DNA of 64,000 nucleotides from Histomonas meleagridis 2922-C6/04-290x (Eukaryota; Protista; Parabasalia): positions 124,001 to 188,000 of the forward strand of contig JAANOX010000128.1 of NCBI GenBank assembly GCA_020184695.1, read 5' to 3'. A program made the translations under genes and the position numbers. Below the pieces are notes generated by a model. That model ran no database searches, was not told the DNA's origin, and was given only the letters and a program-made list of their open reading frames with translations. Positions 42,230 through 51,630 of this stretch are shown here, in pieces. Every line of letters starts with the position of its first letter. Positions within the stretch are counted from its first letter, which is position 1.

Positions 42230-45200
42230 ATGAAACTAGGGGAAATAAAAATTCCATCAACACTCCCAGAAATCAACCTAGTTTACAAAGAAGAAAAGAG
42301 ATTATTATTTGAGAGTTGGTGTGTTTTACATTACTCTGATTCATTAAAACAAAAATCCGATTTTTTGGGTCAAATCAAATACTGGTTTTCGAAACCTCTT
42401 GATTATAAAACCCAAATTCGTGTGTGTATAGGATGTAGTATTTTAGCACAATTTTGTTATACATTTCAAAATGAATGTTCAAAGATTTTTCTCGAAATTC
42501 CCCCACCAAAAGAACAGTTTGCCGCTACTTTTATAGCAAAACGTATTGCACGACATTGTAATCGAATGCGAGTTACCAGCAGTATATTTACGAAATTAAT
42601 TCTCAAAAAAACAAATGAATATTTACAACCAGGGAAACCACGAACTCATATTTATTATGGCTCTGAGTTAATGTTAAAACTTGCTATATATTCCACACGA
42701 TCAGTTGATGTTTATTCAGATTTATTTTATGAAAACCTTGTTTTGGAATTTCAAAATCAAGTTCCTGAAATCCGCTTTTCGGCTTTTACATCCTTAATAA
42801 AGTATTTTAAACTTACACGCCAAAAACAATATTCATTATATTTATATACACAAGCAATTGAAATGGCCAAAATGGGCATTCAACAAAAACATGGGAGTTT
42901 ATTAATATTTATTGCTCTTTCATTACATTTTCCCGATTCCTTTTCTGAACAATTAGATCAATTTATGGATTTTGCAAATTCATTTGAAACAAATGATCGA
43001 TTAATAACAAATACATTATTGATCTTACAAATAATTTTAGGTGGCTTATCATATGAAAAGTTTTCAAGTCAACTTGAGAAAAATATCATTAAATATTGGT
43101 CACAACATGAGTTAACTATTGATATTGCAAAAATTATTTCATATTCATTTAAGAAAATTCCATTAATTTTAAACAATAAAATTCCACGCGTTTTAAAGTT
43201 AATTACATTTTTATTATCTTCTAATGATGAACAAATGTTATATTATGGGTCGAAACTTATTAAAGAATTTTGTAAATATAATATAAAACAATTTAATTTA
43301 CATATTAAAGAGATTTGTATTATTCTAGTTAATGCTAAATATATATTAAAATTAGTTACAATCATTAAATATATAATAAATAACTCCGAAATATGGAACG
43401 AATTAAAATTAACAATAAAAACTTTATTAATCCGTTTATTTGATGAGAAATCGTTTGAAGTTGTTATTAAAATTATTCCAATATTACCTGAGATACCTAT
43501 AGATTGTATAAATGAAATATCGCCACGTTTATATTTATTACTTAATGAAGGTGACATTAATTTACGTAAATTAGTTCCATTATCAATTTTAAAGTTATCT
43601 AAATATCAATCGTCAATACATTCTTATCGATTAGGTACTAATTTAATTACACATTCATTAATCGATGAATCACAAGAAATGCGATTAGCAATATTAAACT
43701 CATTTCATGAACCTTATCCTAAGTTTTTATCATTTCCCGAAGTTTTATCTTCTTTTTCTATTTTATTAAATGAAGAATCATTTAAAGTTCGTCAAGCAGC
43801 ATTACGAATTTTAGGTGGAGTATCATCAATGAATCCTTTAATGATATATCCAATGATACGAAAGACTTTATTAGATATATTATATATCTGTGAATCATCT
43901 AAATCATTAAGAATTCAAGCTGAAGCTACTCAATGTTTACCGATAATCTTCTCGACAATTAATGATATTTTACCAATATATGTTCCTGTGTTTTTACCTA
44001 TAGCAATCCAATACTTAAAACAAATATCAAAACCAACATCAGAAGAAAATGATTTCGATCAGCCGAAAATTCGTAGTCCTTCTTATCAAACTCAAACAAA
44101 TAGTTTGAACTTAAGTTCCGTTTATTCAGTATCACAAATTTCGACACTTTCTACAAGTTTCTCATCGACATTTGATACTCGGAATTATATTTTACGATCT
44201 TCTTCTAGTAATAATGTTCAAAACCAAATCAATAATGAATTATTATTAAAGCCGAATGTTATTGATGAACAATTATCATTTTTTGAAAATATATTTACAA
44301 CTAAAATAGGTATACATTATATTAAATCAATTGGTTGTATTTGTAAATCGAATTTTGAATTAATCAAAAATAATTATAAAGAAATTGCAGAATTTTTATT
44401 GCAAATTATTGGTAACGCTGCACATAAAAAGATTTTACTTGCTGCACTTTCAACTTTATGTATAATAACTGATAAAATCGGTCCTAAAGAAGCATTACAA
44501 TTACCTAACATATATCAAACATTATTAAAACTTGGCTCGAGAGTTATATCATCTAAAGTTCATTCAGGACTTTTTAAGTTATTAGGTAGACTTGGACCTT
44601 CTTTATCACATCAACAACAATCGAAATCATCAAATTTAAAGAACACAAGTAAAGATCCGAATTATTTTGATTTAAATTTACCATTTGATGATTATTATAT
44701 TCGTGTAGTTGTTACACATTTATTTTTCATATTAGATGATAAAAGTGAGAAATTAATATATTTCGATGCACATTTAGCATTAGCTAAAACATTTGCTGGT
44801 TGTAAGCCATCGAATAACATCAAAAAATTATTTATAAATTATATGAAACGATTATTTATATCAATGAGAGTTAATGATCATCGAATGATATATAATGTTT
44901 TTTCGATAATATTAAAAGCACCATCAGAATGGATTCAACCATTTGCTGGTAATTTCTATTCATTAATTGAAGAATTTTGGAATGTTGATCGAAAAGAATT
45001 ATTAATTTTAATTCCACAATTAGCAAGTTCATTAAAAGAAGGGTTTTCACCATATATACCAAAAATTATTACTATGTTATTAGATGAATTAACTACATCT
45101 AGTATATTAGGTAATGAAACACCACGAGAAGTCCTTAAGACATTAACAGAATTAACATCGATCGCATTTGATTTTATCTTTATAATTGTACGAAAAATCA

Positions 45201-48200
45201 TTGAAACTATTTTAAATCCTAATTCACCAATTGATACAATATTTAGTGCATTAGATGCAATACGTTCAATAGTATTAAAATATAATTGTTCATCTTATGC
45301 ATCGATGATAGTACGTGCATGTTTACATAGTTATGATATTATTCCCGGATATTTTAAAGATATTGTATTACAAATATTATATGCATTAGCAGTAACTATT
45401 TCTAATGATTTTAATGTATATATCGAAGAATTAGAAACTCGAAAACTTTATGATCAAAACTTAAAATATATAATAAATTCTAAAGAAAAATTAACATTAG
45501 AACAATGTAGTAATTTCATATATTTATTTAAAGATAATGAAGAACAAAATAATATTGTGAATTATAAAATAGATGAAGATGATTTAATATCAATAACTCA
45601 AATACCTAATAATACTACAACTAAAGAACAATGGAAAACTTGGATCAAGAAATTTATTTTAGCTTTCATTACACATTCTCCAATTCCAGCGATTCAAAAC
45701 TGTGTAACAATTGCACAAACTTCACCATTATTTAGTCGTAAGTTATTTAATATTTCGTTTATAAGTTGTTGGAGTAATATGAATGAAAATAAAAAGCCTT
45801 TAATACAATCGATAGTATTCCAAGCATTAAATGGTCAATCAACACCAATGTCAGTATTAACGGCATTAATTGGACTTATCGAATTCACTGATAGAGCACG
45901 AATGCCTTTTGAAGGTAATTTGTTTATTAGAACACAATTAGCTATGCGAGCAGAGAAATATACATTTGCATTATATTGTGCACAATTAGATTTTGATTCA
46001 TCTAAAAACTTATCTAATACATCATTAACATTATTATTACAAATATATTCACAACTTGGAATGTTTAATGAAGCTAAAGTTATACAAAACTTATTACAAA
46101 AGATAACAAAACGTAAAGAAAACATTTATGATAAATTAATATGTTTAGAAGCATCTGAAAAATGGGATGAAATTACAAAAGAATTTACTACATTAAAAGA
46201 TATATCAAATCATCCTCGTTTAATATTAGCGAATTCTTTTTTGCATTTATCTCAATGGGATAAATTCGAAAAAATTATTTCGAATTTTCATGATAATCCA
46301 GAAGTTATAGTAATGAAATGTATATATGAATTATCGAAGAAAAATGATATTAATAAATTAATTAAAGAAGGTTTCCATTTATTAGGTCAACAAGGAGGAC
46401 CTTTATTTTTACATGGGTTTACTGCTGTTTCACCATTTATAGTTATTGCGCAAGAATTAATTGAATTAAAAGAGTTTTCATTAAATAATAAATCGATGTG
46501 GGAAGAAAGACTTAATAATGTAACATGTCATTTTAATACTATTCGACCTTTATTAAATCTGAGATTATCTATTTTAAATCCTAATGAAAACTTGAGTGAA
46601 ATGTTATCATTTTTAAAACTTGCTCGTAAATCAAATGAATGGGAATCATTTGAAACGTTTTATAATTGTCATTTCATTAATAATAAGAATTTAATAGTAC
46701 AATATGAATATTTACATTTGTTACGTAAAAAAGGCTTATTTAAAGAATCATTTAAATTGTTAAATGAATTGATAAATCAAAAAGATAATAACCAACAAAT
46801 TATTCCACAATTATATTATAAAAAAGCAAGATGGATCGCTCGGAAACCAACGAAAGATACAATAAAACAAATAAACAAAATTAAAAGTCTTTGTGAGAAA
46901 TCAATTAAAATTCGAGAATTACATTATAACACTAATAATTTATGGGCTTGGTCCAACATGAAATTATATGAAATTAATAAAAATGATGAAATTAGTGCAA
47001 TTAATGCAATAAAAGGTTTTGTTAAATGTATTGAATTAGAAAGTAAAAATTCATTTTTCGATTTGTTACAATTAACAAGTATTTTATTTAGGTCTTCATC
47101 ACATCCAAACATTTTTGAACAAACGAAACAAATAATAAAATCGATTCCAATAAAGAAATTCATAAAAATTATTCCACAACTTTTAGTATATCAATTTACG
47201 TATTCAAAGGATTTACATGATTTTGTCATCGAACAACTTTCCGAATTATTATATCAATATCCAAACTCAGCAATTTTCGGATTATTATTTTCTGATCAAT
47301 TTGTCTCTAAAAATAATGAGAACACAAGTTTACATGATTTATTACATAGTTTCTCAATCACGCATAAAGAGTTTTATAATCATGCATTAATTATTACAAC
47401 TTCTTTACAAAATGCTTGCGTAACATTAAAAGAATATTTCTTCGAAGCTTTAAATAATTTATATCAACTTCTAAAGGAACAAAATATCGAATCAGTGAAA
47501 AGACTTTGGAATAACGTGAAAAATAGAATAGAAAACCCAACAAATGAACATGACCAATTGTTTTTACAACATTTTAAAAATGATATCGCAAGATTTTCAG
47601 ATTCATTTGTTCGCTTTTTCGAAAAAAATGTTTTTTCTGAACATTCGATTAATATACAAAAAATAGAAATTAAAAAGATTTATGCAAGAATTAAACCAAG
47701 TATGGATAATGAGTATAAACTTAGTATGAAAGAAGTAGCCCCTGAACTTTATAGTATTAAGTCAACAGATATCGCAGTTTTCGGGACTTTTAATCCTGAT
47801 TCTTCATTAATAAAAATTATATCTTTTAAAGATGAAATAACTATAAAGGTTACGAAGCAAAGGCCGAGGAAAATAGTTATTAAAGGAAGTGATGGTAATA
47901 ATTATAAGTTCTTATTAAAAGGGAGAGAAGATCTTAGACTTGACCAAAGAATGATGCAATTCTTTGACCTCGTTAATTCTTTTATACCTTCATATATCCC
48001 CAAAATTTTTATTACTTCAATTACACCGCTTTCCCCATGCGTTGGATTGATCCAATGGATTCCTTCTTGCGATACGATGAACAAGTTAATAACCGAAATG
48101 AGGAAAATTGATCGTAAACCGTTCGATTCTGAGTCGCAAATGATGATTGAATGCACACACAAAAACATTGAAAAACTGAGGCCGATACAAAGGTTTGAAC

Positions 48201-48898
48201 AAATAAGAACAATAACTGAGCAAACTAAAGCGAATGATTTAAGAGATATAATGTGGTTAAAGGCACCTGACGCAGAATCATGGGTGAAACATATCATTAA
48301 CTTTAGTAATACAGCTGCATTGATGTCAATTGTAGGTTACATTATTGGATTAGGTGATAGACATCCTTTAAATATTATGATACAAAGATATACAGGAAAT
48401 GTTATCCACATTGATTTCGGTGATTGTTTTGAGGCTACTAAAGAAAGAGCACAATTTGCTGAAACTATTCCATTTAGATTAACGAGAATGATGATATCAG
48501 TTTTAGGTCCTGCATCCGTTGATGGATCATTTCGAAGGTCTTGTGAGGGTACATTAAGATCAATAAGAGATCATCGAGAGGTCGTGATGTCAATTTTGGA
48601 AATATTTATCAGAGAACCAATTTCAAAAGGTGGTTTCTTCGATTTAAATGAATCAAATGAAATAATTTCTGGATCTGTGGCTATTAAAGAATGGATTAAA
48701 AACCAGGAAAAGGGAGAAAATTCTACACAAGCGCATTTGGCAAAAATAATGGCAAGGATTTCGGATAAAATAGATGCACTGGACTTCGAAAATACAGAGC
48801 CATTGACTGTGTCGCAACAAGTGGATTTGTTGATTAAGGCGGCAACAGATAAATATAATTTGTCATGTTTGTATCCACGATGGAATCCATTGTGGTAA
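42230..48898 (+). CDS. TOR: Target of rapamycin kinase (PIKK), divergent paralog
   Basis: HEAT repeats, FAT, FRB-like region, kinase motifs KQRPRK..GSDG..YKFLLKGREDLRLDQRMMQ, GLGDRHP.N, IHIDFGDCFE, and FATC ending RWNPLW. Confidence 0.95.
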   Translation: MKLGEIKIPSTLPEINLVYKEEKRLLFESWCVLHYSDSLKQKSDFLGQIKYWFSKPLDYKTQIRVCIGCSILAQFCYTFQNECSKIFLEIPPPKEQFAATFIAKRIARHCNRMRVTSSIFTKLILKKTNEYLQPGKPRTHIYYGSELMLKLAIYSTRSVDVYSDLFYENLVLEFQNQVPEIRFSAFTSLIKYFKLTRQKQYSLYLYTQAIEMAKMGIQQKHGSLLIFIALSLHFPDSFSEQLDQFMDFANSFETNDRLITNTLLILQIILGGLSYEKFSSQLEKNIIKYWSQHELTIDIAKIISYSFKKIPLILNNKIPRVLKLITFLLSSNDEQMLYYGSKLIKEFCKYNIKQFNLHIKEICIILVNAKYILKLVTIIKYIINNSEIWNELKLTIKTLLIRLFDEKSFEVVIKIIPILPEIPIDCINEISPRLYLLLNEGDINLRKLVPLSILKLSKYQSSIHSYRLGTNLITHSLIDESQEMRLAILNSFHEPYPKFLSFPEVLSSFSILLNEESFKVRQAALRILGGVSSMNPLMIYPMIRKTLLDILYICESSKSLRIQAEATQCLPIIFSTINDILPIYVPVFLPIAIQYLKQISKPTSEENDFDQPKIRSPSYQTQTNSLNLSSVYSVSQISTLSTSFSSTFDTRNYILRSSSSNNVQNQINNELLLKPNVIDEQLSFFENIFTTKIGIHYIKSIGCICKSNFELIKNNYKEIAEFLLQIIGNAAHKKILLAALSTLCIITDKIGPKEALQLPNIYQTLLKLGSRVISSKVHSGLFKLLGRLGPSLSHQQQSKSSNLKNTSKDPNYFDLNLPFDDYYIRVVVTHLFFILDDKSEKLIYFDAHLALAKTFAGCKPSNNIKKLFINYMKRLFISMRVNDHRMIYNVFSIILKAPSEWIQPFAGNFYSLIEEFWNVDRKELLILIPQLASSLKEGFSPYIPKIITMLLDELTTSSILGNETPREVLKTLTELTSIAFDFIFIIVRKIIETILNPNSPIDTIFSALDAIRSIVLKYNCSSYASMIVRACLHSYDIIPGYFKDIVLQILYALAVTISNDFNVYIEELETRKLYDQNLKYIINSKEKLTLEQCSNFIYLFKDNEEQNNIVNYKIDEDDLISITQIPNNTTTKEQWKTWIKKFILAFITHSPIPAIQNCVTIAQTSPLFSRKLFNISFISCWSNMNENKKPLIQSIVFQALNGQSTPMSVLTALIGLIEFTDRARMPFEGNLFIRTQLAMRAEKYTFALYCAQLDFDSSKNLSNTSLTLLLQIYSQLGMFNEAKVIQNLLQKITKRKENIYDKLICLEASEKWDEITKEFTTLKDISNHPRLILANSFLHLSQWDKFEKIISNFHDNPEVIVMKCIYELSKKNDINKLIKEGFHLLGQQGGPLFLHGFTAVSPFIVIAQELIELKEFSLNNKSMWEERLNNVTCHFNTIRPLLNLRLSILNPNENLSEMLSFLKLARKSNEWESFETFYNCHFINNKNLIVQYEYLHLLRKKGLFKESFKLLNELINQKDNNQQIIPQLYYKKARWIARKPTKDTIKQINKIKSLCEKSIKIRELHYNTNNLWAWSNMKLYEINKNDEISAINAIKGFVKCIELESKNSFFDLLQLTSILFRSSSHPNIFEQTKQIIKSIPIKKFIKIIPQLLVYQFTYSKDLHDFVIEQLSELLYQYPNSAIFGLLFSDQFVSKNNENTSLHDLLHSFSITHKEFYNHALIITTSLQNACVTLKEYFFEALNNLYQLLKEQNIESVKRLWNNVKNRIENPTNEHDQLFLQHFKNDIARFSDSFVRFFEKNVFSEHSINIQKIEIKKIYARIKPSMDNEYKLSMKEVAPELYSIKSTDIAVFGTFNPDSSLIKIISFKDEITIKVTKQRPRKIVIKGSDGNNYKFLLKGREDLRLDQRMMQFFDLVNSFIPSYIPKIFITSITPLSPCVGLIQWIPSCDTMNKLITEMRKIDRKPFDSESQMMIECTHKNIEKLRPIQRFEQIRTITEQTKANDLRDIMWLKAPDAESWVKHIINFSNTAALMSIVGYIIGLGDRHPLNIMIQRYTGNVIHIDFGDCFEATKERAQFAETIPFRLTRMMISVLGPASVDGSFRRSCEGTLRSIRDHREVVMSILEIFIREPISKGGFFDLNESNEIISGSVAIKEWIKNQEKGENSTQAHLAKIMARISDKIDALDFENTEPLTVSQQVDLLIKAATDKYNLSCLYPRWNPLW

Positions 48899-49101
48899 TT
48901 AATAAATTAGAGATTTTAAATTTATGTTTTTTATCATGAGAACGTCATTTGGTTTTATTATAAGTGGACTTGTTTGCTTTGCATTTTTCTCAAAAGAATG
49001 TAAGTGATATTTACTTAAATTATTTAGAAACAATTCAACATAAAGAAGAAGAAGAGAACAAAACGTGAAATATGCCTTACGACGATGATAATAACTATAT
49101 A

Positions 49102-49984
49102 AGACGCTGTCAACCAAATAAACGGTCGTTTCAAATCAGAAAATCAATTTTTTTCATTTTCCAATGAACTAAATTTAAAAAAAATATAAATAAAAAAGTA
49201 TACACATTCTATTCAATAAAATTATCTTAACCAAATTTTGTTATCTTATTTTTTTATGAGCAATCTCCAAAATTTCAAAATGCTTTTTTGGGCTCTAGAA
49301 TTAAATACAGAAGTTCAAATTCAATAAATATATAGAAATAATGATGTTCAATATTAATTTATATAATTTTTCTATAGTTTTCATTCTGTTTTTAAGTTAT
49401 ACAAGATTTTCAATATCTATAGACCAGAGCAAAAACTCAAAAATCTGTCTTTGCAATTTTTTACAATTTATATGTTCTATAAATAGGATAATTCTTGAAG
49501 CAATTTATTCATTATTGAAGGCTCTGGACAAAGAAGAAAAAATGACTTTTTGAATTAATTTTGCGGTTACAAATTCATCAAGATTTGACTGCAAATTTTA
49601 ATACTTTACAAAAAAAATTTGAGAGCAAATCCATCAAGATTCGTTCCTCCACAAGTAAGAGATACTCACAACAAGGTATCACAAAAGTAAACAGAAGATA
49701 AAAATATTTTAAACATTTTTCCAACAATACTTGTATATACTGGTTTAGATGTGGTTAATTGGTATATCCAGTCTTTTCTTAGATGACCGATTGTGTATTG
49801 TATCGTACAAGAATTTAAATGGAAAGTGACTAAATTCAAAGGAAATTTTAAAAAAATTAATATATCTTAATAAAAATTTGTCTACTGTTCTTATATGTTA
49901 AAATCTGATATGTATTAAATACATTACAAATAATTTTAAAATTAAAAAGAAATCCATAAGAGGGAAAGTTGGTTGACAGTGTCT
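49102..49984. mobile_element. MITE-like non-autonomous element, copy 2 (883 bp, 16-bp TIR, TA flanks)
   Basis: Left end TA|AGACGCTGTCAACCAA, right end TTGGTTGACAGTGTCT|TA: 15/16 inverted match with TA on both sides. Internal sequence is colinear with 27974-28785. Confidence 0.8.
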
Positions 49985-50410
49985 TATGATAATATTGAAA
50001 TTTTTTCATTTTTACTTGAAGAAGGAATGAAAATCAATGATGATATTATTAATGAATCTGCAAGAATTGGTAACTTATATCTTGTTAAATATTTTCTTCA
50101 AAAGTATCAAATTCCAACAAATATTTTATCATTTTCATCAGAATCGGGAAAGATTGAACTTGTTAAAAATATTTTAGAACAAGATGGAATTGATATTAAT
50201 GCTAAAGGTATATATTTTAATAATATGATATTTCAAAATGAAATTTGAAAATTATTCAAATTTTATAGAACAGCACTTATGTTTGCATCTGAAAATGGTC
50301 ATACAGAAATAGTTAAATTACTTCTTGAGCAAAAAGGAATGGATGTTAATGCTAAAGATATTTATTTGTTTTGTTTGAAATTTATTTTAATAATTTTCTA
50401 TTTCAAAAAT
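49985..50410 (+). pseudogene. 5'-truncated DUF3447/ankyrin gene fragment with spacer-interrupted ankyrin repeats
   Basis: YDNIEIFSFLLEEGMKINDDII...IELVKNILEQDGIDINAK aligns with the 58994 ORF. It is followed by a 60-bp spacer (50210-50269), a 90-bp ankyrin module (50270-50359) and a partial spacer. Confidence 0.7.
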
Positions 50411-50585
50411 TCAAGTTATGAAATATTTCATTTTGTTACCCAACTTCATTTTTTTTAAAAAATTCTAGCTAGATCACAACAGAAATTTGGATGAAAAACA
50501 GTAAACAATTTTTTTGTAACTTTATGTTTTTTTAAGCAGCTAACGAAAATTATATACTAATTTATTCACATTTTATATACATTTT

Positions 50586-51515
50586 TCATTCTGAATTATC
50601 TGTAACCAATGAACTTTGTGATATTTCTGATATTGACAAAAAATTTTCATCATAACTCAGCATTATCACTTCGCCATTATTTGATATCACCAAAATTTTA
50701 TTACTTTCTATAAAAGCGAAAATGGAATTTCCCAAGCTTTGTTTTTTCCATTTCATCCCTGATCTTTGATTATCTGATGAAACAGAAAATAAATGCAAAG
50801 TATCTTTAGATGAAAGAATCCCAATTAAATTCGATGAAAATGAAAAATCAATCGAAAAAATTGATGCAGGAAATGAGCCGCGTCGAAATTCTTTGAGTGG
50901 ACTTAAATCATTTGTGTTGAATAAACGGATCAATGTTCCTTGTGAAGACGTAGTTGCTACAAGTGAACCACTGTTACTAAATTTTATATAAGAAAGCTGA
51001 TGTGATGCTGCATTTGTCTCAATATCTTCTCGAGAATTAAGATTTATTATCTTAAGGTTACCAGGCTTGCTTCCTGTAACGCCAACAAGATACAAATCAC
51101 TAGTGTGAAGAATGTCACATGGTGAATATTCGTTTTGGTGATGATGAATTTGCATATATAATTCGGGTGGATCAAAATTATAGACACGTGTTTCTGATTT
51201 GGATGAAAGTATGAAACTTTTGTCTGTTACAAGGATTTTGTAAACAGGACAAGTAGTTTCAATTTCAATTTGCATTTTATTTTCTGCATAATCAAAAACG
51301 CAAATATTTTTATCACTTAAACTATTTTGATTTGAAGTTCCTGTGTAAATAACTTTTGATGTATTTGAAAGAAGAGTAACATTTGAAATTTTATAATCAA
51401 AAAATTGTTGATGTTCAAGCTTTAAATTATTAATTGTATATATGCCAAAACCATTTTGGTAATTAATAACAATTTTTGTTCTATCATTGTTTACTTTAAT
51501 GTTTTGAATTTTCAT
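50586..51515 (-). CDS. ATG18: PROPPIN / Atg18-WIPI family WD40 protein
   Basis: SLVATTSSQGTLIRLF and the KEFRRGS phosphoinositide-binding motif, SSKDTLHLF. Confidence 0.85.
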   Translation of the reverse strand: MKIQNIKVNNDRTKIVINYQNGFGIYTINNLKLEHQQFFDYKISNVTLLSNTSKVIYTGTSNQNSLSDKNICVFDYAENKMQIEIETTCPVYKILVTDKSFILSSKSETRVYNFDPPELYMQIHHHQNEYSPCDILHTSDLYLVGVTGSKPGNLKIINLNSREDIETNAASHQLSYIKFSNSGSLVATTSSQGTLIRLFNTNDLSPLKEFRRGSFPASIFSIDFSFSSNLIGILSSKDTLHLFSVSSDNQRSGMKWKKQSLGNSIFAFIESNKILVISNNGEVIMLSYDENFLSISEISQSSLVTDNSE

Positions 51516-51630
51516 TTTTTTTGTTGTTCTTCACCACTTTTTAATATATCTGTGAAAAATTTGAATGAAAGCGCCTATTTCCATTGAAATTTGTTTCACA
51601 AAAAAAAAAAAGTTTTTTTATTCATTAATA

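Noticed and set aside
49341-49553. 70-aa ORF and other short frames inside the MITE as a transposase remnant
   Set aside because: Manual translation of both strands showed no DDE/D or HTH motif, and the frames are interrupted in copy 1.
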